Assembly: GCA_963799485.1 (NCBI GenBank)
Contig: CAWCXJ010000006.1
Location: 576,001-640,000 of the forward strand
Direction of reading: 5' to 3'
DNA length: 64,000 nucleotides
Source of the DNA: an uncultured Trueperaceae bacterium
GTDB lineage: Bacteria > Deinococcota > Deinococci > Deinococcales > Trueperaceae
The translations under genes were made by a program, and so were the position numbers. Shown here in pieces: positions 38,914-48,924 of the stretch. Every line of letters starts with the position of its first letter. Positions within the stretch are counted from its first letter, which is position 1. Below the pieces are notes generated by a model, which was not told the origin of the DNA, searched no databases, and saw only the letters and a program-made list of their open reading frames with translations.

Positions 38914-39819
38914 TCAGCTTTGAGCCGCCCGCACCCCGCTCAAAATAGCCCCCGCGACAACCTCTTGCACCGCAACCGAAAGAAGCATCAGAGGGACTTG
39001 TGGACCTGTGCCGGTGCTCAGGCAAAATGCGGTGTCCCCGTCTGAAACGGTGTGCGAGGGCCGCGTTACCCGGGCGATACCGACGTGGGCGCTGCCTGCT
39101 AAGGCTTTAGCTTCGGCCTTGCCGATGGGCGCGTCGGTCGCAACCACGACGAGCGTGGTGTTGCTGCCTGCGGCGTCGAATGGCGCCCGGGTAAAGCGCT
39201 CGAGAAAAGACCCCGTTTCGCCCCTGACACCTGCGACAACTTGACCACTATCCGGGTCGATGATGTCACCGACCGGGTTAGCTACCGCAAGTGCCGCAAC
39301 GACTGCGCCGCTAACTCTTACCGACGCACTTCCGAGACCGCTCGCCTCAGCTCGCTCAAATCCCAGATATTTGCCACAACTTGCGCCCGCGCCTGCTCCT
39401 ACTCGGCCTTGCAAGACGGGTTCGGTCGTTGCCGCTTCGCAAGCCCGGTAGCCTGCTGCCGCGTCGGGCCGAACATTTGGATCGCCTCGGCTGAGATCAA
39501 AAAGCGCTGCCGCCGGAACGATAGGGACTGCGCCAAATGGAGTTGCAAAGCCCTGCCCACGCTCCTCGAGATAGCGCATCACGCCACCCGCAGCCTCCAA
39601 CCCAAACGCGCTTCCTCCGGTTAGCAAAACCGCTTGAACCTGTTGCACGGTCTTTTCAGGGGCTAAAAGCGCCGTTTCATGTGTTCCAGGTGCGCTGCCG
39701 CGTACATCTCCCGAAGCGAGGCAGCCCGGTTCGGGGCAAAGTACGACTGTACAACCCGTTTGTGCCCCTATATCGTGCCAGTGACCCACCTGTATTCCGG
39801 AGACTGCAGTGAGGCTCAA
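38914..39819 (-). CDS. Peptidase S58 (DmpA/P1) family
   Basis: GHW...TGCTVV, LTGGSAFGL, NTTL and HT..DGDTAF motifs. Confidence 0.92.
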   Translation of the reverse strand: MSLTAVSGIQVGHWHDIGAQTGCTVVLCPEPGCLASGDVRGSAPGTHETALLAPEKTVQQVQAVLLTGGSAFGLEAAGGVMRYLEERGQGFATPFGAVPIVPAAALFDLSRGDPNVRPDAAAGYRACEAATTEPVLQGRVGAGAGASCGKYLGFERAEASGLGSASVRVSGAVVAALAVANPVGDIIDPDSGQVVAGVRGETGSFLERFTRAPFDAAGSNTTLVVVATDAPIGKAEAKALAGSAHVGIARVTRPSHTVSDGDTAFCLSTGTGPQVPLMLLSVAVQEVVAGAILSGVRAAQS

Positions 39820-39822
39820 GTT

Positions 39823-42207
39823 CTAGTTACCCCAGTCGAGCCAACCGACGCTACTGTCATTGTTTGTCCCGGCATCGTTTGTACTGCCGTCGGCTGCCGT
39901 GTTCGAGGTACCGGGTAGCGCTGCATCTGGTGAGGTGCTGTTCTGCTGTTCACTGCCCTGAATCCGACTGTTTTGGACTTGCCCGTTTTGTCCCGGTATT
40001 CGGGTAATGTTGAGCGCACCTTGGGGGATAGGCCGCGCGAACCCCTGCACTTCGCTCGGACTGATTTCGCGCCACTCAAGAAACTCCTGCGGCGTCTCCG
40101 CCGTGGCCCGTTTGTCGGTGCGGGAGTCTACCGGAATCGTGATGTTGAGGTAGCTGGCAACCTGCTGACCCCCGGCTCCCGGCTGCGTCCCTCGGACGAA
40201 CGCAACGCGTGTTCCCTGGGCGCTCGGCACACCCGTCGAAAGATCGACCTTTTCAAACATGATGTTAGGTGGCGCAGGCCACGGCCTGGACGCTTTTCCG
40301 GCGAGCGCCTCTTCGGCAAACTGTTTCCAAATCCAGACGGGCTGCCGGGACGAATTGATCAGCTCACCGTTGGGCATCGCTTTAGGGAGGCTCTTCGAGT
40401 CGTCGTAGCCGATCCACACCGCCGACACCGATTCGGGCGTGAGGCCGACAAACCAGATGTCGCGCTCGTCGTTGGTCGTACCGGTTTTACCGCCGACCCA
40501 GCGCCCTTCTATTGCCGCGCGGTTTGAGAGGCCGTAAGGGTTGCGGTCGGTGACGTTGCCCCGGAGCAGGTCGAGCATCAGGTACGCGGTCGTCTCGCTC
40601 CAGACTTTCGTGCGGCGCGGTTCGGCCTCGTAAAGCACATTGCCCTCGGCGTCTGTAACCCGCTCGATCAGGTGGGGTTCGGTGTAAACGCCTTTGTTGG
40701 CAAAAGCCGCGAGCGCGGCAGCGTGGTTTTCGGGCGTCACCTCAAACGAGCCCAGCGCAATCGCGGGAACAGGCAGCACGTCGTAACCGAGCTGGGTCGC
40801 GCGCGTCACCACAGCTTGCGGCGTGACCGCCTCGGCAAGCTTGACCATCGGGATGTTGCGGCTTCTATCGAGGTGGCTGCGGAGCGTTTTGATGCCGTCG
40901 AAGGTGTCGTCGTGGTTACGCGGTGTGTAGGAGGCTTGACCGGGGTCGTCGAAGGTCGTTTTGGTGTCGGACAACAGGGTTGCCTGCGTGTAACCACCCT
41001 GCTCGAGCGCGGTGGCCACCACAATCGGCTTAAACGAGCTGCCCGGTTGCCGCTCTGCGCTCGTCGCCCGGTTAAAGGTGTCGCCGCCCTGCGCCGTGTC
41101 GAGCCGCCCGCCGACCATCGCCAAGACGCCGCCCGTTTTCGGGTCGATGCTGACGAGCGCCATCTGTGCGCCTTCGGGAACCCAGCCGTTTTCATTTTGC
41201 GCGGCGCGGTTGGCGGCTTTTTGCGCCTGCGAGTCGATGGTGGTGTAGATACGCAGGCCCCCGGCGCGAAAGAGCTGACCGGGAAAGAGTTTTTCGACCT
41301 CGTTACGCACCGCAAACGCGACGTTGCCGCTGAGGTCGGACGCGACGGTGGTCGAGATACGCGGTTGCACGTCGGTGCGCTCTGGTTGACCGATGATTTC
41401 ACCCTGTTCGTCGTAGCGAACGCGCCAGCCGGTGGGCTCGAGCGGTTGCCGCCACGCCCGGTCTGCCGCTGCCTGCGAGACGACGCCGAGTTCGACCATG
41501 TTGGCGAGCACGTTTTTCATCGCCTGCCGGGTCGCCGTAAAGTCTTCGTAGTTGGATTCGGGGGCGGGCAGCAGGCGCGCCAGATAGAGCCCTTCAGCGA
41601 GGGTAAGCGCGAGCGGGTCTTTGCCGAAGTATGCCTGCGCCGCCGCGTAAATGCCGTAAAAGTTTTTGCCCCAGTAGACGACGTTTAGGTACTGCTGCAA
41701 GATTTCGGCTTTGGTCAGGCGGCGCTCGAGTTCCACCGCGAGCATCATCTCTTTGACCTTGCGCTCGAGCGAGCGTTCGTCGGCGATATCGGTCAGCAGC
41801 GTGTTTTTCACAACCTGCGTGGTCAAGGTCGAGCCGCCGCGCCCGCCGCCGCCTAAAAACTCTTCGTAGGTGGCTTTCAAGAGCGCAAGTGTATCGAAAC
41901 CGTAATGCTGAAAAAAACTGTCGTCTTCCGACGAGATGATCGCCCACAAGACAGGCGGCGCAACCCGGTCGAGGGTCACGACGGTGCGGTTGGTGGTCGG
42001 GCCGCCAACCCCGGCGACGGGTAAAATCTCCCCGATAAGCTGACCGTTGGTATCGAAAAGTTGCGAGGTCGAGGTGTACTCGAGTTTTTCAATCTCGCCT
42101 ACGGGCGGCAGTTCGCTCGCCCACTTGAACGCCGACGCGCCCAAAAGTGCCGCGACCGAAAGCACAACAGTCAAAAACAGCAAAAAGATTCCTCTAAACA
42201 CCTTCAC
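39823..42207 (-). CDS. Class A penicillin-binding protein (transglycosylase/transpeptidase)
   Basis: EDDSFFQH, GGSTLTTQVVKN, RKVKE, SSFK, SRN and KTG motifs. Confidence 0.96.
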   Translation of the reverse strand: MKVFRGIFLLFLTVVLSVAALLGASAFKWASELPPVGEIEKLEYTSTSQLFDTNGQLIGEILPVAGVGGPTTNRTVVTLDRVAPPVLWAIISSEDDSFFQHYGFDTLALLKATYEEFLGGGGRGGSTLTTQVVKNTLLTDIADERSLERKVKEMMLAVELERRLTKAEILQQYLNVVYWGKNFYGIYAAAQAYFGKDPLALTLAEGLYLARLLPAPESNYEDFTATRQAMKNVLANMVELGVVSQAAADRAWRQPLEPTGWRVRYDEQGEIIGQPERTDVQPRISTTVASDLSGNVAFAVRNEVEKLFPGQLFRAGGLRIYTTIDSQAQKAANRAAQNENGWVPEGAQMALVSIDPKTGGVLAMVGGRLDTAQGGDTFNRATSAERQPGSSFKPIVVATALEQGGYTQATLLSDTKTTFDDPGQASYTPRNHDDTFDGIKTLRSHLDRSRNIPMVKLAEAVTPQAVVTRATQLGYDVLPVPAIALGSFEVTPENHAAALAAFANKGVYTEPHLIERVTDAEGNVLYEAEPRRTKVWSETTAYLMLDLLRGNVTDRNPYGLSNRAAIEGRWVGGKTGTTNDERDIWFVGLTPESVSAVWIGYDDSKSLPKAMPNGELINSSRQPVWIWKQFAEEALAGKASRPWPAPPNIMFEKVDLSTGVPSAQGTRVAFVRGTQPGAGGQQVASYLNITIPVDSRTDKRATAETPQEFLEWREISPSEVQGFARPIPQGALNITRIPGQNGQVQNSRIQGSEQQNSTSPDAALPGTSNTAADGSTNDAGTNNDSSVGWLDWGN

Positions 42208-42336
42208 AGCGTCACTATAGCAAAGCCGCGGGTGAGTTTTTCGTCAGGAGCCGACCGTACCGATTTTTGTGTTGGTCACAGTATTTTGTGTCGACCCCGG
42301 TATAGGGCGACCTGAGCGCTGCGTTAAGGTGAGTGT

Positions 42337-43272
42337 GTGGACATCATTTTAATCGTTTCAGGAATTGTACTGCTTTATTTTGGTGGCGATTTGCTGGTGG
42401 ACAACGCCAGCAGTCTGGCGCGGCGCTGGGGCGTCAGCTCACTGGTCGTCGGCCTGACGGTCGTTTCACTCGGCACCTCGGCACCCGAACTTGCCGCGAG
42501 CGTTGCAGCAGCCCTGGGCGGTTCTCCCGAACTCGCGCTCGGAAACGTCGTCGGCTCGAACACCGCCAACATCGCGCTTATCTTGTCGATTACGGCGCTG
42601 ATCTACCCGCTCCGCACCCAGCCGCAGGTGCTGCGCCGCGAACTGCCGGTGATGATCGGTTCCGCGCTGCTGCTTCCGCTCCTCCTGCGTGACGGCAGCT
42701 TGAGCCGCGCTGAAGGTGGCTTGTTCCTCGCGCTGCTGGTGCTTTACTTGTGGACGCTGCTACGCCGCCAAGCGCCCGCCGAAGCCGAGCCTGAAAACCC
42801 GGACGACCCGGATTTGAGGCTGAAATCGCCCTGGTTGGGCGTCCTGAAGATACTTTTGGGGTTGGGCTTGCTCGTCGGCGGCGCACAGCTTCTGGTCGGC
42901 GGTGCGACCTCGGTGGCGCGGGGTTTCGGCGTACCTGAATTTGTCATCGGTCTGACGCTCGTCGCCATCGGGACGAGTCTGCCGGAGTTGGCGGCCACCG
43001 GAATCGCAGCTTTCAAGCGCGAATCCGACATCGCGCTCGGTAACGTGGTCGGCTCGAACATCTTCAACGTCTTGTTTATCCTCGGCGTGACCGCTCTGGT
43101 GCGGCCCATGCAGGTGGACTACCGCGCAGTTTCTCTCGATCTTTGGTTGATGATCGGGCTCAACTTTTTGCTCTTACTTCTGCTCATCACCGGGCTACGT
43201 CTGGGGCGGCGTGAGGGTGGCGTGTTGCTGACGCTTTATCTGGGATACGTCGCCTATCTTTATCTGGCGTAA
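42337..43272 (+). CDS. Ca2+/Na+ antiporter (YrbG-like)
   Basis: Two alpha repeats GTSAPEL/GTSLPEL and GNVVGSN. Confidence 0.95.
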   Translation: MDIILIVSGIVLLYFGGDLLVDNASSLARRWGVSSLVVGLTVVSLGTSAPELAASVAAALGGSPELALGNVVGSNTANIALILSITALIYPLRTQPQVLRRELPVMIGSALLLPLLLRDGSLSRAEGGLFLALLVLYLWTLLRRQAPAEAEPENPDDPDLRLKSPWLGVLKILLGLGLLVGGAQLLVGGATSVARGFGVPEFVIGLTLVAIGTSLPELAATGIAAFKRESDIALGNVVGSNIFNVLFILGVTALVRPMQVDYRAVSLDLWLMIGLNFLLLLLLITGLRLGRREGGVLLTLYLGYVAYLYLA

Positions 43273-43340
43273 GTGTAGAAGATACATCATGAACTACGAA
43301 AATCTTTTCAAGTACGTCGCCTATCTTTATCTGGCGTAAG
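43246..43340. repeat. Exact 28-bp direct repeat flanking a 39-bp AT-rich insert
   Basis: TACGTCGCCTATCTTTATCTGGCGTAAG at 43246-43273 and 43313-43340. Confidence 0.95.
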
Positions 43341-43699
43341 CGCTTTTACAACCGCACGATTTGTGCGAGCCTTTTAGGGCGCAAGTACGACAGGGCAGCG
43401 CCGCTCGAGTTTCAATTCTTATAGGAAAACTAAAAGCGCTAAGATGAGTAGAGGGAAGCTCATGATGAGTTGCAATTCCGCGTAAGTGTCACGACAGAAA
43501 TAGCTTGAACCAAGCAAATGGCGAAGGTCAAAACGGTTTTACCGGGTACCAAAGAACGCTCGATTCTAGAAAAAGGCTACCAAGAGGGCATGTGCCGACG
43601 GTAAGGTTTAGCCCCTATCCCTGGTAGTAAGTGTTGGGCAACACAACGGCGCGCTGCCTGGTTGGCACGGGTTTTGGACGAGATTCGGGTGCCCCGTAG

Positions 43700-44040
43700 G
43701 CACAGTGCGGTCAAGAAAACGCCCGCCACGGCTCCGCTTGAACCACGCCTACAGCTTTAAGAAGCAACATCAAGGGTTGAGAGCCGGGGCATTTGCTGTA
43801 TCGGCCCTGAGCAAGAAGATGCCAAGAGGCGTCGGCTTGCCAGGGGTTCTAAGGGCGGGCGTCCGCCCGTTTGCGGCACTGAGGCTTACAAAGGCCGAAA
43901 CGTCACTGAGCGCTGCACCGATCGGCTTAAAGACTTCCGGGCCGTAGCCACGCGCTGTGACAAACACGGCAGAAACTACCTTGCAGGCGTGCTCGTCGCC
44001 TCTATAACCCTCTGGCTCTAATCAGTCAGACAGACCCTAG
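43700..44040 (+). mobile_element. IS5-family transposase C-terminal relic with right end
   Basis: RGSKGGRPP...YKGRNVTERC..RLKDFRAVATRCDK..RNYLAGV...ITLWL*, ending CAGACCCTAG. Confidence 0.8.
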
Positions 44041-44235
44041 CTCACTTGAAACGCTTTAAGCGTTTGGCGGCTGTCTACCGAGGCCCGGAAGCTGTCTATG
44101 ATGACACCTTCTTAGCCATCACCGGACTTCATAACTTCAGAAAGTTGAATGCCCCGGCTTGGTAAGCCGAATTAAACCCCTTTTCTAAGCATAGCGACTT
44201 CCTTTTGATTTCGTGCTTATTTCGCAGATGATTCA
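44041..44235 (+). mobile_element. Second DDE transposase C-terminal relic (DDE_Tnp_4-like)
   Basis: HLKRFKRLAAVYRG...FLAITGLHNFR*. Confidence 0.55.
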
Positions 44236-44493
44236 AGGCGTTTAACATAACGCTCGACGCGCCAGCGGCTTACCCTAAAGTTTGGCTACGGCGTGCCCTT
44301 CCTCGACGTGCGCTTTAACGATTCGTTGCCGCAGGTCTAGTGAATAGCTTGCCACGCCTTAGCTTGTGCCGTAGCTGTGAAAATTGGAAGTGCTACAAAA
44401 AACACGATCAAACTCGAGTCCCACCGTCACGAGCGAAAGCGGCTGGGACTTCACGTAAACGCTCCAGTACTCCTCGCTCCCCGGGACGCTTTT

Positions 44494-45807
44494 TTAGCTG
44501 TGCTCAGCCTGACCGAGCAGCACCAGCACCAGCGCCGCACTCCAGGAGAACTCGCGTGCGCCGCAAGGCGCACCGTCGCGCGGGTCGTAGTATTCGGCAA
44601 AATTGCCCTGTACCAGCCCGAACGTGTGCGCTTCAAGCATATCGACCAGTCCGGTGTAACCGTAGCGCCCTAGCCCCTGCACGACAAACCAGTTGATGTG
44701 AACCCAGACCGGCCCACACCAGTAGCGCCGCGGCTCGAACGAGGGGCTGTTTTTAGCGACCGAGGGCAAAGTGTAGCGTATGTGAGCGTCCGGAGCGTAC
44801 TCGCCTGGGTCCGAGAGGTGCCCTACCAGCCGCGCCGCCTGCGTTTCGTCGGCGAGTCCCGCGTAGAGTGGCAAAAACGTCGCACAAGTATTTTCGCGAG
44901 CAGATTGACCTGAGCGTAGGTCGAAATCGTAGTAGAGCCCCGGTTGTTCGTCCCAAAAGTAGGTATCGAAAGCGTCGCGGGTACGTTTTAGCCAGCCCTG
45001 CAGCTCTTCGGTCGGTTCTACTAGGAGTTCGGCGAGGAAGACCAAATCTTCGTCCGCGCGGTACAAGATCGCGTTGGTCGAAACGTCTAGAACACAAAAC
45101 GGGGCGGTCGCGTAGAGCACTTCGGCGTCCCAGGCGGCTTCGCGGTAGTGTCCGATAAGCGCCATAAAGCGGTCGTAGTCTTCCTTTACCGGGCGTTCAT
45201 CGGCGGCGACGTGCGCCTGGTCACGCCGCTGATAGGTCGGTACCGTCGTTATGGAAACACGCGCCAGCGCTTCCGTCCAGCGTGGCGAGTTGTCCATACC
45301 CGACTCCCACGGGTGCAAAATGGCGACCAACCCTATGCCTTCGGGGTCTCTGGCCCCATGAAACCAGCGGTGCCACGCCAGCAGCTTGGGGTAGACCTCG
45401 AGGACGAACGCATGTGCCGACGCCTTGTCCTCGTCGCGCTCGTAGATGGCGCGCACCACTGTACTCAGCACGGGCGGTTGGGTCAATCCCGACGTCGCTA
45501 CTTCAGGCGCATTTGGACTCCCAGCCGTTCCCCAGAAGTCGGGTGTAGGAAAGTAGTCCGAAGGCCCGTCATGGTAGAGGATGTGCGGCACCATGCCGTC
45601 TCGCCACTGACCCATCAGGAGTTTACGCACCTCGGCCTGTGCTCGCGGGACGTCGAAGGTGGCCAAACCGAGGGCAATCAGGGCCGCGTCCCAGTTCCAC
45701 TGGTGCGGATACTGCATGGGGCTCGGTTTGATAAAGCTGCCGGTATCGTTGCTCCGTAAAATGCGCCGCGCCTCACGGATCAGCTCATGGCTCAGATCGC
45801 GGCTCAT
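44494..45807 (-). CDS. GH63-like (MGH1 / glucosylglycerate hydrolase-like) glycoside hydrolase
   Basis: YPHQWNWD, GMVPHI, TQPP, HPWESGMDNSPRW, YW.GPVW and FSWSAAL motifs. Confidence 0.9.
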   Translation of the reverse strand: MSRDLSHELIREARRILRSNDTGSFIKPSPMQYPHQWNWDAALIALGLATFDVPRAQAEVRKLLMGQWRDGMVPHILYHDGPSDYFPTPDFWGTAGSPNAPEVATSGLTQPPVLSTVVRAIYERDEDKASAHAFVLEVYPKLLAWHRWFHGARDPEGIGLVAILHPWESGMDNSPRWTEALARVSITTVPTYQRRDQAHVAADERPVKEDYDRFMALIGHYREAAWDAEVLYATAPFCVLDVSTNAILYRADEDLVFLAELLVEPTEELQGWLKRTRDAFDTYFWDEQPGLYYDFDLRSGQSARENTCATFLPLYAGLADETQAARLVGHLSDPGEYAPDAHIRYTLPSVAKNSPSFEPRRYWCGPVWVHINWFVVQGLGRYGYTGLVDMLEAHTFGLVQGNFAEYYDPRDGAPCGAREFSWSAALVLVLLGQAEHS

Positions 45808-47072
45808 CCTTTGACCCCGCCCGCGGTCAGCCCGCCGACCAGGTATTTTTCAAAAAAGAAGAAGATCAGCATAATCGGCACCGTCACGATCACCGCGCCC
45901 GCCATCAAAAACTGGCGCGGCACCTCCTGCGAGTTGAGCGCCACCATGCCGCGTGAAAGCGTGTAAATCGCAGGCTTGTCTAAAAACATGAAAGCGAACA
46001 AAAACTCGTTCCAGGCGATCATAAAGATGTACAACCCGACCGATGCGAGCGCCGGAAGCGACAAGGGCAGGGTAATCCGCCAGATGACCCCCAAACGGGT
46101 GCACCCGTCGATCATTCCGGCTTCTTCTAAGTCTGCGGGGAGCGTCTGAAAGTACGAGCGCAGCATGTAGAGCGCCACCGGAATCGTCGTCGCAGGATAG
46201 ACGATGAGCAGCCCGGGCAGCGTGTCGCGCAAACCCAGCTGGGTAAAAATGGCGTAGAGCGGAATCACCAGGATAATCGCCGGGAACATGTAGATGAGCA
46301 AAATTGCCCGCGACATAAAGGTGCGGCCCGGAAAGTTCAGGCGTGTCACCGCGTAAGCGCCTAAAATTGCCAAAACAAGCGTAATGACAACTGTTGCAAG
46401 CGCGACGAAGGTGCTGTTACCGATATAACGCAAAAAGTCGAAGGTGAACAAAACCTCGCGGTAGCCGACCAACAGGTCAGAAAGCTTCCGGGTCAGATCG
46501 ACGCCCAGGTAGGTGGGGTTTTGCAGCAAGGCGGCGCGGGCTTTGAGGCTCGAGACCACCATAAAGTAAAACGGGAAGATGACGATGCTCAGGAAGAAGA
46601 GGAACCCAAAGGCGCGGAGCGCGCGGAGTAGCAGCCTTTCAAAGAGGCCGCGGCGAGGTTGCGCTAACTCGAGGTCACGGAGGCCGTAACGGGCGAGCAC
46701 GCCGACAAAGAGAAAACTCAGCAAACAGCCCGTTACGCCCCAGACCGGCCGAAACTGCCCGAGTCCCAGCGGCCTGAAGTTCGTCAATAGCAGCCAGAGG
46801 ACGCCGAAAACGAGGCTGAAGGCAAGTGTCACGAGCCAGGGCGTCGTCTTGTTGCGTCGGAAAGAGGCCAAGCCTAGTCCCAACACAGCCCCCGAGAGCA
46901 GCGCCCAGTGAAGCGGCAGCGCAGTGTTTAGACCACCGATGACGACGGCTAAAAACGACCAGAGGCCGGTGACGAGGAGGCTCGAGAGCGCTCCCATCAC
47001 CGCGGCTGCAACGAGGCCACCTACTGCCGGTCGGCCTCTAGATTGCGCTAAAGGTTGCGTAAGCTGAGCCAT
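45804..47072 (-). CDS. Carbohydrate ABC permease (MalG-like) with an extra N-terminal TM region
   Basis: EAA loop LEEAGMIDG; AWNEFLFA; C-terminal GGVKG. Confidence 0.92.
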   Translation of the reverse strand: MAQLTQPLAQSRGRPAVGGLVAAAVMGALSSLLVTGLWSFLAVVIGGLNTALPLHWALLSGAVLGLGLASFRRNKTTPWLVTLAFSLVFGVLWLLLTNFRPLGLGQFRPVWGVTGCLLSFLFVGVLARYGLRDLELAQPRRGLFERLLLRALRAFGFLFFLSIVIFPFYFMVVSSLKARAALLQNPTYLGVDLTRKLSDLLVGYREVLFTFDFLRYIGNSTFVALATVVITLVLAILGAYAVTRLNFPGRTFMSRAILLIYMFPAIILVIPLYAIFTQLGLRDTLPGLLIVYPATTIPVALYMLRSYFQTLPADLEEAGMIDGCTRLGVIWRITLPLSLPALASVGLYIFMIAWNEFLFAFMFLDKPAIYTLSRGMVALNSQEVPRQFLMAGAVIVTVPIMLIFFFFEKYLVGGLTAGGVKG

Positions 47073-47073
47073 G

Positions 47074-47830
47074 TTATTCTCCCTCCGGGGCAAAGCGGAA
47101 GTACAAAACCATGAACACCGCCAGGATCATGAACAGCACGACCGACGCCGCCGCACCTGCGCCCAAGTTGGCCTGCGCGAACGCTTCGTCGTAAACGGCT
47201 ATCGTGAGGGTTTTCGTCCCGGCTGCGCCGCCGGTCAAGAGAAAGATATCGTCGAACTTGTTAAACGTCCAGATAAAGCGCAGTAAAAAGAGTGTGGACA
47301 AGATACCGACGAGCTGCGGCAACGTCACCCACCAGAATTTTTGCAGCGGGCTCGCCCCGTCGACGTCGGCGGCTTCGTACATGTCTTTGGGAATGGCCTG
47401 AAAACGTGCCAGGATAAAGAGGAAGGCAAAGGGAAAGTAGCGCCACGCCTCGAACAAAATCACCACGGTCAAAGCCAGCGGCAGAGTAAAGGGCAGTCCG
47501 AACAAACTCAGCTCAATGCTGCGGGCGCTTAAAAAGCTGATGGCGCGCGGTAGCAAGCCAAACTCCATCCCGAGCGCGTTGACGCTGCCGCTGCGCGGGT
47601 CTAAGAGAAACGCCCAGGTGAACGCCACGGCAATCACCGGCGCAACGTAGGGAAAAAGAAACAGCCCGCGCAAAAAGCCCTGTCCGCGAAACTTCTCGTC
47701 TAAGAGCTGCGCGGCGAAAAGCCCCAGCAAAATCGAACCGAGTGTGCCGAAAACCGTGTAGTAGAGCGTCGCGCGCAGCGTCGGCCAGAATTCGGGACTA
47801 CCTAAAAAGCGGCGGTAGTTCTTGAGCGAA
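47074..47830 (-). pseudogene. Carbohydrate ABC permease (MalF-like), 5'-truncated
   Basis: Family-like sequence begins abruptly at SLKNY, so TM1 is missing; EAA loop MYEAADVDG is present. Confidence 0.75.
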
Positions 47831-47943
47831 TCCTCCTTCGTACCGTTGCGACTCACCGATGACCACTAACCCGCGTGCGGCAGCGTGTGGTCAAGGCACT
47901 GTAAACGCCGAAGGGAGCGCCCAACCCCAGGCGCAGCGGCGGG

Positions 47944-48345
47944 TTATGCCGCCGTGAGGAGCAGGTCCCGGTTCCACCACTCCAAAACGGCCAACATGCC
48001 GACGTAGACTGCCTCACCGCCGAGGTGCAAAAAGGCGAACGGCGTCGCGGTCGCCGAGAAGGCCGCTAGCAGCCCTAAGCACACGGGGACCCACGCCAGA
48101 TTGGCGAACACCAGCAGTTTAATCAGCCGCATCGGCCGCTCGGCTTGGACAGCGAGCGAAAAGGAGTAAGAGGCGTAGAGCAGGTTGACCACTGCGGTAA
48201 AGAGCAGCACGTCTTGCGGCAGTCCCTCCAAGCGGCTGAGCCAGCCGCTGAGGGCGATCACCGTCACTCCGACCAGGGCAGCACCTGTACAGTCCACCCA
48301 CAGCAGTTTCTTGAAAAACGGGGCCGGTCTAGCTGGCATGTTCAT
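47944..48345 (-). CDS. Hypothetical 4-TM membrane protein
   Basis: Hydrophobic ORF; probable start MNMPARP. Confidence 0.7.
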   Translation of the reverse strand: MNMPARPAPFFKKLLWVDCTGAALVGVTVIALSGWLSRLEGLPQDVLLFTAVVNLLYASYSFSLAVQAERPMRLIKLLVFANLAWVPVCLGLLAAFSATATPFAFLHLGGEAVYVGMLAVLEWWNRDLLLTAA

Positions 48346-48449
48346 GGACGGTATAACTGAAAGACATCTTAAAAACCCCTTCTTGGCAAACCCCGAAAAG
48401 GGTCTGGGCAGGTGGAACGCGTAAGATAAGACGCTCTCCGTCTGAAAGA

Positions 48450-48766
48450 TCATTGTAGGGGATCTGTACCGAAGCCACGATAAGGTCCGTGATGCGGTTT
48501 GCCCGGACGGGCAGCGTCATCGACAGCACAACCATGAAGATCGGGATCGCGGTGAGCACGAGGAAGGTGCTCAACAGCGTCTGGCTGACGTCGAACTCCC
48601 AGACTTTGCCGACGAGGATGTTATCGATGACGCCGGGCTTGAAGAAGGCGATGATGTCCACGTAGGCGTACAGGAACATGATGCTGATCCATACTGCTGC
48701 GAGCTTCGCCTGGACCGCGACCTGCCGGTCCTCTAGGGTGGTTATCGGCTTTTTGATCGAATTCAT
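48450..48766 (-). pseudogene. DUF6326-like membrane protein, 3'-truncated
   Basis: KLAAVW...MFLYAYVDI..F.KPG motif; after QIPY the frame runs into unrelated sequence. Confidence 0.65.
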
Positions 48767-48924
48767 CTTTTAGTCCTTATCTTGAATAATGTAAGAAAGC
48801 GTTGTGAAGGGTCTTGCATGGCATTGCGGTCGCCATGCTGTTAGGTTCGACCTCGAAGGGTTTCTGGAATCAGATGTTCACCCAGATGCACACCCCTGGA
48901 GGTCCGCTCGCAAAAAATAGAAGT

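Noticed and set aside
43246..43340. True CRISPR array
   Set aside because: Only two repeats, the repeat is coding sequence of a host gene, and there is no leader or adjacent cas gene. Kept as a duplication finding.
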